A stretch of DNA of 64,000 nucleotides from Sedimentisphaerales bacterium (GTDB lineage Bacteria; Planctomycetota; Phycisphaerae; Sedimentisphaerales; UBA12454), in NCBI GenBank assembly GCA_016930635.1, contig JAFGGI010000047.1, positions 27,538-91,537 of the forward strand, in the 5' to 3' direction. Within the stretch, counting starts at the first letter, position 1. The number at the start of each line of letters is the position of its first letter. Positions 43,329 through 52,120 of the stretch are shown here, piece after piece. The notes beneath the pieces are model-generated. The model was not told where the DNA came from and made no database searches. It saw only the letters and a program-made list of their open reading frames with translations. Both the position numbers and the translations under genes were made by a program.

Positions 43329-45749
43329 TTACTGTACTTTTTCGTAAGGCCACATTTCCAGCCCGCCGTCAAGTACCCTTACATTACTGAAACCTTCTTT
43401 TTTCAGTATAAATGCCGCTTCGTAGGCTCTTAAAGAGTAGGAAGAAAAGATCACAGTGGATTTTTCCCTGTCCAGTTCGCCAAAGCGGGTTCGCAGCGAA
43501 ACAAGCGGTATCAGCGTGGAATCAGCCAGTCTTATCTGGTGATACTCAGCCGGTGTTCTTACATCCAGCAGCGTACAATCGTTGTTTTCATCTATTAACT
43601 GGCGAAGCTGAATCGGAGATATACCGTTCATCAGACCGTCGAGCTTGTTACGGGCGACGTTGGCCGCTGTTATGAGATTATCAATTACCGGCGAATAAGG
43701 CGGAGCGTAACACAGGTCAAGATTTGCTATCTGGTCAACTGTCATACCAGCTGTAATCGCGGTAGTGGCAACATCGATACGCTTATCAGCATTGCCCCGG
43801 CTTATACCCTGGGCGCCGAGCAATTTCCTGCTCTTTTTGTCAACGACAAGCTTTAACATCAAAACTTCTGCGCCGCGTACAAAATGTTCCCTGTCAGGCG
43901 CGGGAACAAGGACTGTAACAACATCGAAGTTGGCCTGTTTTGCAGCCCGTTCGGTAAGGCCTGTTACCGCAACGTTGTAATCAAAGACCTTACAGGCCAC
44001 GGCACCGAGAATCGGTGAAAAGGCGTCATTGCCGCCGCAGATATTGATAGCAGCGACTCTGCCTTGCTTATTTGCCGTTGAGCCCAAAGGCACATAGACG
44101 GGTTTTTGAGTGATCAGGTCAATATTTTCGACACAGTCGCCGGCAGCATATATATCCTTGTCAGATGTCTGCATCTGCGGGCTGACTTTTATCGCCCCGG
44201 TCGTGCCTATTTCCAGAGCTGCCTGTTGTGCTAAAGCTATATTGGGCCTGTTTCCTACCGCGACTATTACGAGATCGGCCGGGAAAGTACCCTTATCTGT
44301 CATAACCGATTCGACCTTGTCAGTGCCCTGGAATCTTTTCACTTCTGTGCTGGTAAGAACCTTTATACCGTGCGATTCAAGATGATTATCAACAAGCATA
44401 GCCAGTTCTCTGTCAAGTACACGCAGAATCTGCGGAAGTTTTTCGATGATAGTTACCCTGCAGCCTCTCATAACCAGCGCTTCTGTCATCTCTATACCTA
44501 TAAGACCGCCGCCGACGATAACAACATCGCGGGCCTTACCTTTATCGAGAGCAGCCTTTATTCCTTCAGCGTCACTGACACCATGAAGTGTGAATATATT
44601 GCTTAGATTATTTCCTTCTATGTTTGGAATAATCGGCTCTGAACCTGTCGCAAGTACAAGCTTATCATAATCGAGCAGTGACTCTGTGCTGTCGATCAGA
44701 TGTTTGACGCGGACCTGTTTTTTATCGCGGTCTATTTCAACAGCTTCGGTCTGATTCATAATATGAACGTTTTTGACCTGTTGGAAGAATATCGGGTCCC
44801 GCACAACGCCCGCAGGTGAGCTCATCAGTTCGCCCTGACTTTTGACAACGCCGCCGATATAGAAAGGAAGTCCGCAGCCTGCATAAGACAGCAGCGTTCC
44901 CTTTTCTACGATCGTAACGTCGGCATCAGGGTCAAGGCGATTGATCTTGGCAGCTACTTTTGGACCTGCTGCCACTCCGCCGATTATTACCACTTTTACT
45001 GGTCTTTCCATTTTCTTATCTCCTGGTATTTGCTCTGCTGCAACTTTAGGCGCAGCTTTTAGATTTACTATTAATTCTGTTCCGCCGAGATGTGATTTTT
45101 CGATATGTACGTTTCCGCCTGCAGCTTCGACCATCGTTTTTACGAACGCAAGACCCAGGCCTGTGCCCGGCCGGGATGATGCATGAGCTCCGGGTGTCCT
45201 GTAAAAAGGCTCGAAAACCTTTTGGCGGTTCTTCTTCTGGATTCCTATTCCGGAATCGCCGATTTTTAACTGATATGTATCAGTTGAGTTATTATATAAA
45301 AGGTGTACTTCGATGCTGCCGTTGTCGGGTGTATATTTGATTGCATTTGAAAGAAGTGCCTCAACCACTTCGGGAATTGCAGCTTCATTACCGATCGCCT
45401 GGGCGGGTTCGACATCGATTTTTGTTGTGAAATTAATGTTGTGTGCCCGGGCCTGCTCGCTCCATGCGACCGAACTTTTGCGGACAATTGAAACAAGCTC
45501 TACCACTCCGCCGAAAGCCTTGGGGTCATTGAGAGCCTTTGAGATATTAAGCACCCTCTGAGCTGCTACCAGGGCCTCATCACATCTGGCAATTGCTCTT
45601 TGCAGCATATCTTTTTGCTTGGGCGAAAGCGGACCGGCAAATTCACCGAGAAGCGTTTGAAGAATTGTGCTTATCGAGGCCACCGGCCCCTTGAGCTGAT
45701 GTGCCATTAATGAGGCAAATTTTAATGGGTCTGATATAAGATTCTTCAT
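43329..45749 (-). CDS. fusion protein: histidine kinase core (HisKA + HATPase_c) plus CoA-disulfide reductase/NADH-oxidase-like flavoprotein plus rhodanese-like domain lacking the catalytic Cys
   Basis: H-box ...LMAHQLKGPV..., N-box ...LSNAIKYT..., G-boxes ...GDSGIGI... and ...GTGLGL.... Then the FAD motif ...VVIIGGVAAGPKVA... and the redox Cys ...SYAGCGLPFYIGG.... The C-terminal rhodanese fold has ...VIFSSYSLRA... where C-R-x-G-x-R is expected. Confidence 0.85.
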   Translation of the reverse strand: MKNLISDPLKFASLMAHQLKGPVASISTILQTLLGEFAGPLSPKQKDMLQRAIARCDEALVAAQRVLNISKALNDPKAFGGVVELVSIVRKSSVAWSEQARAHNINFTTKIDVEPAQAIGNEAAIPEVVEALLSNAIKYTPDNGSIEVHLLYNNSTDTYQLKIGDSGIGIQKKNRQKVFEPFYRTPGAHASSRPGTGLGLAFVKTMVEAAGGNVHIEKSHLGGTELIVNLKAAPKVAAEQIPGDKKMERPVKVVIIGGVAAGPKVAAKINRLDPDADVTIVEKGTLLSYAGCGLPFYIGGVVKSQGELMSSPAGVVRDPIFFQQVKNVHIMNQTEAVEIDRDKKQVRVKHLIDSTESLLDYDKLVLATGSEPIIPNIEGNNLSNIFTLHGVSDAEGIKAALDKGKARDVVIVGGGLIGIEMTEALVMRGCRVTIIEKLPQILRVLDRELAMLVDNHLESHGIKVLTSTEVKRFQGTDKVESVMTDKGTFPADLVIVAVGNRPNIALAQQAALEIGTTGAIKVSPQMQTSDKDIYAAGDCVENIDLITQKPVYVPLGSTANKQGRVAAINICGGNDAFSPILGAVACKVFDYNVAVTGLTERAAKQANFDVVTVLVPAPDREHFVRGAEVLMLKLVVDKKSRKLLGAQGISRGNADKRIDVATTAITAGMTVDQIANLDLCYAPPYSPVIDNLITAANVARNKLDGLMNGISPIQLRQLIDENNDCTLLDVRTPAEYHQIRLADSTLIPLVSLRTRFGELDREKSTVIFSSYSLRAYEAAFILKKEGFSNVRVLDGGLEMWPYEKVQ

Positions 45750-45809
45750 ATAAGCCGGCTAAACAGACTCCTTTTTTACAGCATATCTTATATAAAAACA
45801 CAATAAAAA

Positions 45810-45894
45810 CGGAGGAGGGAGGATTCGAACCCCCGGTACCTTTCGGCACAACGGTTTTCAAGACCGCCACCATAAGCCACTCGGTCACTCCTCC
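45810..45894 (-). tRNA. tRNA-Ser (anticodon UGA)
   Basis: The minus strand reads GGAGGAGTGACCGAGTGGCTTATGGTGGCGGTCTTGAAAACCGTTGTGCCGAAAGGTACCGGGGGTTCGAATCCTCCCTCCTCCG. It has a 7-bp acceptor stem, anticodon loop CT-TGA-AA, a long variable arm and a GTTCGAATC T-loop. CCA is not encoded. Confidence 0.9.
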
Positions 45895-46007
45895 AAGTTA
45901 TCGAGTCGCAGGGTAATTTATACAAAAATCGGCGATATTGCAAGCGCATAAAACGCGATATTACCGACCGAATATAGATATCAGCCGGGATGAAAATTAT
46001 AGGGCAT

Positions 46008-46118
46008 CTCTAAAAATGTCATTGCGAGGAGTGAAACGACGAAGCAATCTTTATTATGGCTTAAAAAACGAGATTGCTTCGCTTTGCTCGCAATGACAAG
46101 CTTACTTTCTTTTTAGAG
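46008..46118. repeat. palindromic intergenic repeat element (REP/MITE-like)
   Basis: The arms GTCATTGCGAGGAGTGAAACGACGAAGCAATCT (46017-46049) and AGATTGCTTCGCTTTGCTCGCAATGAC (46070-46096) are imperfect reverse complements. The outer CTCTAAAAA/TTTTTAGAG arms extend the palindrome. A related unit recurs at 48296-48329. Confidence 0.7.
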
Positions 46119-46263
46119 GCAGCCCGTAAAATTTGGTTGACTCTAGGCCCAAATCACGTTAAATAAGGGGCTCTAAATTGTTTCTTAAGTGCTGCTGCGG
46201 CCAGCATCTTGCGTACAGAAGCGAAAAATTAAGGTTAATTTTTAGATAACGGAGAAGATTATT

Positions 46264-47481
46264 ATGGTTAAATTGGCAATGATAGGGGCAGGCGGATATG
46301 CATTTAATTTGATTAAATGGATGTGGGGCATACCGGATAAAATAGAGGTAGTGGCAGTTACATCCCGGCCGAAGAAGGAAAAATCTACCGGAGTATTAGA
46401 GTGCGAAAAAAGAGGCATTCCCGTTTATGACGATATAGACCAGCTTATGGCCAATGTTAAGGATAAGGTGGATGTCATATATGTCCCGACACCTATCCAG
46501 ACTCATTTTGCCTATGCCAAGAAGTGCATAAACGCAGGCTATGACATATTCCTCGAAAAACCCCCCGTATCCACAATTCAGGATATGGACGCTCTTATGC
46601 AGTTCGTAGCCGACAAAGGCCTTGCCCAAAGGGTCCCTATCGGTTTTCAGTCTCTCTATTCACGCTTAGTGCAGGAGCTCAAAAAGCGTATGGTCGAAGG
46701 CACGCACGGCAAAGTAAAACGCATCAAGGCTATGGCAGGCTGGCCCAGACTCGATACCTATTACAACAGGAGCAGCTGGAGCGGCAAAATAAAGATGGAC
46801 GACGGCTGGGTGCTCGACGGCACTATCAATAATCCGCTGGCTCACGCAGTGGCCAACCAGCTATATTTCGCCTCCAGCGAGCCGGGCAAAATGGCCAGCC
46901 TCGTATCTATCGAAGCCGAACTGTACCACGGCCACGATATCGAAAGCGAAGATACGAGCAGCGTCCGGGCCATAACCGATACAGGCGTCGAAATACTGTT
47001 TAACGCCTCGCTCTGCTCCGATGAGAGAATGGATCCGTTGATCACCCTCGAATGCGAAAAGGCAACTATCGATTATTACAACTACAAACAGGTAACGGTA
47101 AAGTCCCTCGACGGCAAAGTCGAGGAGGAAATGGCTGATGATACCGAACCCCGCGCAAATATGCTAAAGAGCATGGCAGAGTCCTACACGAACAATACAC
47201 CTTACATCGTTCCGCTGGAAATGTGCAGGCCGTTTATAGAGTTCGTAAATGGCGCCTTTGAATCCGGCGACGGTATAAGTGCCATCGACAAGCAATACGT
47301 AAAACGTGTTGAGCAGGAAGACGGCGATGTAAAGACCATCATCGATGATATCGATAACGTACTCAAAACCTCCCACGCCGAAGGTAAACTGTTCTCAGAA
47401 GTCGGCGCAAAATGGGCCAAGAAGAGCAAAGTATATGAACTGGCAGGCTACAAAAAATTCCCGTCAGATGTAAGCTTCTAA
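46264..47481 (+). CDS. Gfo/Idh/MocA family oxidoreductase
   Basis: N-terminal ...LAMIGAGGYAFN... Rossmann and ...IFLEKPP.... Confidence 0.8.
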   Translation: MVKLAMIGAGGYAFNLIKWMWGIPDKIEVVAVTSRPKKEKSTGVLECEKRGIPVYDDIDQLMANVKDKVDVIYVPTPIQTHFAYAKKCINAGYDIFLEKPPVSTIQDMDALMQFVADKGLAQRVPIGFQSLYSRLVQELKKRMVEGTHGKVKRIKAMAGWPRLDTYYNRSSWSGKIKMDDGWVLDGTINNPLAHAVANQLYFASSEPGKMASLVSIEAELYHGHDIESEDTSSVRAITDTGVEILFNASLCSDERMDPLITLECEKATIDYYNYKQVTVKSLDGKVEEEMADDTEPRANMLKSMAESYTNNTPYIVPLEMCRPFIEFVNGAFESGDGISAIDKQYVKRVEQEDGDVKTIIDDIDNVLKTSHAEGKLFSEVGAKWAKKSKVYELAGYKKFPSDVSF

Positions 47482-47502
47482 AAAAATATAGAATCAAAAA
47501 CC

Positions 47503-47534
47503 AGGGGACGTTTAGAAACAGCTAAACGTCCCTT
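47503..47534 (+). terminator. rho-independent terminator-like hairpin
   Basis: GGGACGTTTAG (47505-47515) and CTAAACGTCCC (47522-47532) form a perfect 11-bp stem with a 6-nt loop, followed by TTGTTTTATT. It lies 22 nt after the stop at 47481. The right arm overlaps the last codons of the convergent gene. Confidence 0.6.
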
Positions 47535-48145
47535 GTTTTATTCCATTTAATAGAGTTTATCATCTCTATAAATATTGGTTCATGTTCTTTTAATCCCCAA
47601 AAAGACGCGTAAAATCCAAACTCACTTGCAATACCGATAGTAATAGATGGCATATCGGTCTTGATAGTTTTTTGTGCATTTGGTCCGTAGGTACATATCA
47701 TTCTGTCTCCTTCATAACGATACAAAATTAATTCACGTCCATCTACTTCAATTATCTTTCTAGGAGAATTCGCATCTATCAAAAGTTTCCCAATATAGGT
47801 CCGCAGAAAAGCTTCTTCTGTTTTTTGCCCCAAGAACAGTTGAGCGGTAGGAAATTCATTAATTGGAAAAGCTTTCCGATGTTCATCAAAAAGTTCCGTA
47901 TATACAGAAATGAGTTCTGGGTGGTTATTTAGATCGTATTCAGGATTTACAATACTTCCCCATCCTTCCGGCAAATTGATGTCAAACACAGCCAGCGACA
48001 AGTTGCTTTGTGGGTACTTATTTACCCAATCAGACTTTGTTTTAGGCCTCCGATAATCCAACTCCAGTGCAACTATAACACCAATTATGCCAATTATTGC
48101 TATAGTTAATATAATTGCAAAAAGTTTAATTATTCGACTTTTCAT
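47522..48145 (-). CDS. hypothetical membrane-anchored protein
   Basis: A 207-aa ORF with one N-terminal TM (...LFAIILTIAIIGIIGVIVAL...). No recognisable motif. Confidence 0.5.
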   Translation of the reverse strand: MKSRIIKLFAIILTIAIIGIIGVIVALELDYRRPKTKSDWVNKYPQSNLSLAVFDINLPEGWGSIVNPEYDLNNHPELISVYTELFDEHRKAFPINEFPTAQLFLGQKTEEAFLRTYIGKLLIDANSPRKIIEVDGRELILYRYEGDRMICTYGPNAQKTIKTDMPSITIGIASEFGFYASFWGLKEHEPIFIEMINSIKWNKTRDV

Positions 48146-48202
48146 ATATTCATCCTATCCAATATCGGCTCTGATTTCACTGAAAAACTTCTGCCCTATA
48201 CA

Positions 48203-48291
48203 GTCATTCTGAGGCGTAAGCCGAAGAATCTGGCTGGATTCTTCACTTCCATCTTCGCCAAGGCTACGATGGACAAGTCGTTCAGAATGAC
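48203..48291. repeat. palindromic intergenic repeat element, second family
   Basis: GTCATTCTGAGGCGTAAGCCGAAGAATC ... GATTCTTCAC ... GTCGTTCAGAATGAC: the terminal arms (GTCATTCTGA / TCAGAATGAC) and inner arms (GAAGAATC / GATTCTTC) are reverse complements. Confidence 0.6.
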
Positions 48292-48295
48292 AATG

Positions 48296-48329
48296 AGATT
48301 GCTTCGTCGCTTTGCTCCTCGCAATGACA
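48296..48329. repeat. solo copy of the 46017-46096 repeat unit
   Basis: GAGATTGCTTCGTCGCTTTGCTCCTCGCAATGACA matches AGATTGCTTCGCTTTGCTCGCAATGAC (46070-46096) apart from two small indels. It also matches the reverse complement of 46017-46049. Confidence 0.65.
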
Positions 48330-48369
48330 GGATTGACAAGGACTTACTCTGTTTGGCGTAAAATGTAGC

Positions 48370-49227
48370 CTATATATTAGCCGTTTTAAACTGCATTGGA
48401 CTTGACTTATATTCTCTCTTAAACGCTCGATAGAACGTAGATAAGTCCTCATAACCGACCTCGAAGGCGATTGCCGCAGGCGGCATAACGGTATCTGTAA
48501 GCATTGCAGCGGCCTTTTGACAGCGTATAGAGTTTAACAGTTTTATATAACTTTTGCCGGTAAGTTTCCTGCATAGATTTGTAAATTGTCTCTGCGATAC
48601 CTTCGCCAGTCTTGCAGCATCGGAAAGGCTGTATTGTTCGTGGCAGTTTTGAGCGATAAAATGTATTGTGGCCTTGACTCTTTCGCTACTGTTGACAGGC
48701 TCGTCAGATGTTTTGTGTTTGATCTGATATTGTTTGGCCCGGTGCATTTGCAGTATAGCTAAACTCAAATTTTGCTTTATTGATAATTTGTAGCCTGCCT
48801 GGCGGGTGTTTTGCTCGTGCAGCATCTGTCTTAAATGTCTTTTGATATTTTCAGAATAATACAAGGGCAGCTCGAACGGCTCTGGCCGGGCGAAAAGATA
48901 ATCGACGATATATTTATTCAAATCGGAGGATTCGGTATCGAAGTAGAGCGAATAGACCGTCATTGGTTTTCGGGGTTTGTCTGAGAGCCTGTGGACCTTG
49001 TCTTTTTCGAGCGTGATAACAGAATTTGCATCTACATCGAAGCTGTCATCGGCAAACTCCAATAGCCCATGCCCCGAGACTACATACAGGATACTCAAAT
49101 GATTGTGCCTGTGTGCGATATTGGCAGAGGAAGGCCTTTCCAGCCGGCTCTCTACCAGTACGCCGTAGTCGGGCAGTTCGATATTCGGGTTAAAAATCTG
49201 CCATTTTTGTCTATTTTTACTTGCCAT
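48370..49227 (-). CDS. AraC family transcriptional regulator (cupin sensor + AraC HTH)
   Basis: The C-terminus has ...YSLSDAARLAKVSQRQFTNLCRK... and ...IAFEVGYEDLSTFYRAFKREY.... It is divergent from the catabolic cluster starting at 49386. Confidence 0.85.
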   Translation of the reverse strand: MASKNRQKWQIFNPNIELPDYGVLVESRLERPSSANIAHRHNHLSILYVVSGHGLLEFADDSFDVDANSVITLEKDKVHRLSDKPRKPMTVYSLYFDTESSDLNKYIVDYLFARPEPFELPLYYSENIKRHLRQMLHEQNTRQAGYKLSIKQNLSLAILQMHRAKQYQIKHKTSDEPVNSSERVKATIHFIAQNCHEQYSLSDAARLAKVSQRQFTNLCRKLTGKSYIKLLNSIRCQKAAAMLTDTVMPPAAIAFEVGYEDLSTFYRAFKREYKSSPMQFKTANI

Positions 49228-49385
49228 AAGTGCCTATTATAACATAAGTTTCAAAAATTTCAAGAAAAATTGCCGAAAACGCCAATGAACATTTTCCGCA
49301 TTTACAAAGACTAAACCGCGTTTTCGGTTAAAATCTGCGTTTCGTTTGGACTATTTTATTAACCCTATATTAGAAATTCGGGAAT

Positions 49386-52067
49386 ATGGAAGCATTAAGA
49401 ATAAGACCAAAGAAACAGAACGCATGGGATTTTGATCTGAGCAGTGTCGAGCAGCTTAAAAAGCTCGCAGATTCGCTTTCGGTCAAGATCGAAACAAGTG
49501 ACGATTTTTCAGTTTTAGCTCAGCCGGTAAAGATCGGCAACCGCACCGCGCCGAACTCCTTCGCGACACAGGCGATGGAAGGCTGTGACGGCGATTCGCA
49601 GGGCAGGCCCGGGCCGTTGACTGTCAGGCGGTACAAACGTTTCGCAGCAGGCGGGGCGGGCATCATCTGGTCTGAAGCTATAGCGGTAGTTCCGGAAGGG
49701 CGTGCCAATCCTCGTCAGCTCTGGCTGAACGAAGACAGCAAAGAGGCCTTTAAGGATATGATAACAAAGGTTCGTGCTGCAGCTCACCAGCGTCTCGGCA
49801 AGGACCACAATCCGATCATAGTCGCTCAGCTTACACACAGCGGAAGATACTCGAAGCCTAAAGGTGTATCAGAGCCGATAATCCCTCAGCACGACCCATA
49901 CAGAGATGTGATGGTTCCTCAGAATCCGCCAAACAAAGATGCCAAGAAGAATTTAGCTCCTGATTGGCCTGTTGCTACAGATGAATATTTCGACCAGCTC
50001 CAGGGGCGTTTTGTCGAGGCCGCTAAAATAGCGTTTGAGGTCGGTTTTGACGCTGTTGATGTAAAGGCTTGTCACGGCTATCTGATAAATGAGGTATTTG
50101 CATGCTTCAATCGTCCCGGCAAATACGGCGGAAGTTTTGAGAACCGCACAAGAATACTGATTGAAACGATAGAGAAAATCCAGAATAAACTGGGCAAGGA
50201 TAAATTAGTTACCACACGCTTCCCGATGTACGATGCGATACCGTATCCGTACGGCTGGGGCGTTGATAAAGACGATTATAAAAAGCCCGATTTCACAGAG
50301 CCTAAAAAACTTCTCAAGATTCTTCAGGAAAAGGGCGTAAAGTTCATCAATACAACGGTTGGCAATCCTTATTATAGCCCGCATATGGGCAGACCTTTCA
50401 ACGAGCCTATTCTCGGCGCTTATGAATCACCAGAGCATCCGATGATAGCACTTGCGAGAATACTCGATATTACCGCTGAGATCCAAAAGGCCGTTCCTGA
50501 TATGGTAGTTGTCGGTACAGGATATAGTTGGCTGCGGTCGCTGCTGCCTTATGTCGGTGCTGCAAGCAAGAAGAACGGCAGGGTAACGGTCGTCGGTGCA
50601 GGCAGAATGAGTTTTGCTTATCCTGATTTTCCGTATGACATTATCAAGAAGGGCAAACTGGACCCGGAAAAAAGCTGTATAGGCTGCAGCGCCTGTACGC
50701 AGATTATGCGTGACGGCGGAATGGCCGGCTGTGTTGTTCGTGATAATAAAGTTTACGGCCCTATATACGAACGCGGCAGAATGTCCGACAGGACAAACCT
50801 TGTTCGTCTGGCAGATGCCTGCCGTGAATGCGGCGATGCAAGCTGTAAGACAGCGTGCCCAGCCGGTATCGATATCCCCAAGTTTATCAAGCTGTTCCTG
50901 GATGGCGACGACAAAGCTGCTTATGAAGTTATAAGAGAAGCGAATATATTGCCGGAAGTTTGTGCCTGGCTATGTCCGGCAAAGGACCTTTGCGAGGGCG
51001 GCTGTATGCAGAACTTCCTCGGAGATATGGCGATGTCCATTTCAGATATTCAAAGATACCTGGCGGTTCAGGCTAATAAGAACGGCTGGTCAAAACTGCG
51101 TATACCTGCCAAGTCGACCGGCAAGAAAATCGCTGTTATTGGTGCAGGCCCTGCAGGACTGGCCTGTGCGGCAAGACTGGTTGAATTAGGACATAAGGTA
51201 ACGGTTCTCGAAGCAAGAAACGAGTCTGGCGGAATGGTCAAAGGTGTTATCGCCCGCGAAAAACAGGGCACCAGTCTCGAGAACGAGCTGAAAGCAATAT
51301 TCGAATCGGCCCCGGCAGAGGCACTTCAATTTAAATATGGAACACCTCTTACAGCCCAGAACAACCTTGATAAGATAATGGCACAAGGTTTCGATGCTGC
51401 CTTTATAGGTATGGGTCTTTGGGAATCGAAGACTCTGCACAAGGGCGGCAAACTCGAAGGCCTGACAGGCGCCTTGGAATTCTTAGGCGATATAAAGTCC
51501 GGCAAGGCGGTGGACCTTACAGGTAAACGTATAGCGGTCATCGGCGGCGGAAATACCGGAATGGATGTCTGTGTCGCGGCAAAAGAGGCAGGGGCCGAAA
51601 GTGTCTATATGATCTGCTTCGAATCATTTACAACAATGCCCGCCTGGCTCAGCGAACGCCAGCACACACTGACCGAAGACATATCGTTTATGAATCAGTT
51701 TATGCCGAAGGAATACTTAAACGGCAGCGGTAAGGTAACAGGCGTTAAGATCAATCACGTAAATCTTGCACCGCCTGATGAAACCGGCTTCCGCGCACCG
51801 ATCGAGATTCCGGGAGCAGAGCTAAAAGTTGATGTTGATATGATTATCGAGGCTTTGGGCCAAAAGGCCCCGGATGATTTGAAAGCTGTTTTGCCCGGCG
51901 TTGATCTTCTTAAGAATAATCTCGTAGCTGTTAAGAACGGCAGCCTGGCAACCAGCAAAAAGGGCGTATATGCAGGCGGCGACATTATCAACGGCGGAAA
52001 AATGGTCGTGACAGCAGTAGCCGACGGCACAAAAGCTGCCGAGGAAATAAATCAGTTACTTAAATAG
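49386..52067 (+). CDS. fusion flavoprotein: Old-Yellow-Enzyme-like FMN oxidoreductase plus Fe-S linker plus GltD/PreT-like NAD(P)H:FAD domain
   Basis: OYE motifs ...AQLTHSGRYSKP... and ...DAVDVKACHGYLINEVF.... The Cys cluster is ...CIGCSACTQIMRDGGMAGC.... GltD-like motifs are ...CRECGDASCKTACPAGIDIP..., ...CPAKDLCEGGC... and ...IAVIGAGPAGLACAARL.... Confidence 0.75.
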   Translation: MEALRIRPKKQNAWDFDLSSVEQLKKLADSLSVKIETSDDFSVLAQPVKIGNRTAPNSFATQAMEGCDGDSQGRPGPLTVRRYKRFAAGGAGIIWSEAIAVVPEGRANPRQLWLNEDSKEAFKDMITKVRAAAHQRLGKDHNPIIVAQLTHSGRYSKPKGVSEPIIPQHDPYRDVMVPQNPPNKDAKKNLAPDWPVATDEYFDQLQGRFVEAAKIAFEVGFDAVDVKACHGYLINEVFACFNRPGKYGGSFENRTRILIETIEKIQNKLGKDKLVTTRFPMYDAIPYPYGWGVDKDDYKKPDFTEPKKLLKILQEKGVKFINTTVGNPYYSPHMGRPFNEPILGAYESPEHPMIALARILDITAEIQKAVPDMVVVGTGYSWLRSLLPYVGAASKKNGRVTVVGAGRMSFAYPDFPYDIIKKGKLDPEKSCIGCSACTQIMRDGGMAGCVVRDNKVYGPIYERGRMSDRTNLVRLADACRECGDASCKTACPAGIDIPKFIKLFLDGDDKAAYEVIREANILPEVCAWLCPAKDLCEGGCMQNFLGDMAMSISDIQRYLAVQANKNGWSKLRIPAKSTGKKIAVIGAGPAGLACAARLVELGHKVTVLEARNESGGMVKGVIAREKQGTSLENELKAIFESAPAEALQFKYGTPLTAQNNLDKIMAQGFDAAFIGMGLWESKTLHKGGKLEGLTGALEFLGDIKSGKAVDLTGKRIAVIGGGNTGMDVCVAAKEAGAESVYMICFESFTTMPAWLSERQHTLTEDISFMNQFMPKEYLNGSGKVTGVKINHVNLAPPDETGFRAPIEIPGAELKVDVDMIIEALGQKAPDDLKAVLPGVDLLKNNLVAVKNGSLATSKKGVYAGGDIINGGKMVVTAVADGTKAAEEINQLLK

Positions 52068-52120
52068 GTAAAACAAAATTGTTTAACGGTCGCCGGTATG
52101 GCGATAATAGGAGTAAAAAA

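Noticed and set aside
45643-45888. 81-aa minus-strand ORF
   Set aside because: It overlaps the tRNA-Ser gene (45810-45894) and the start of the kinase fusion gene. The tRNA cloverleaf explains the sequence.
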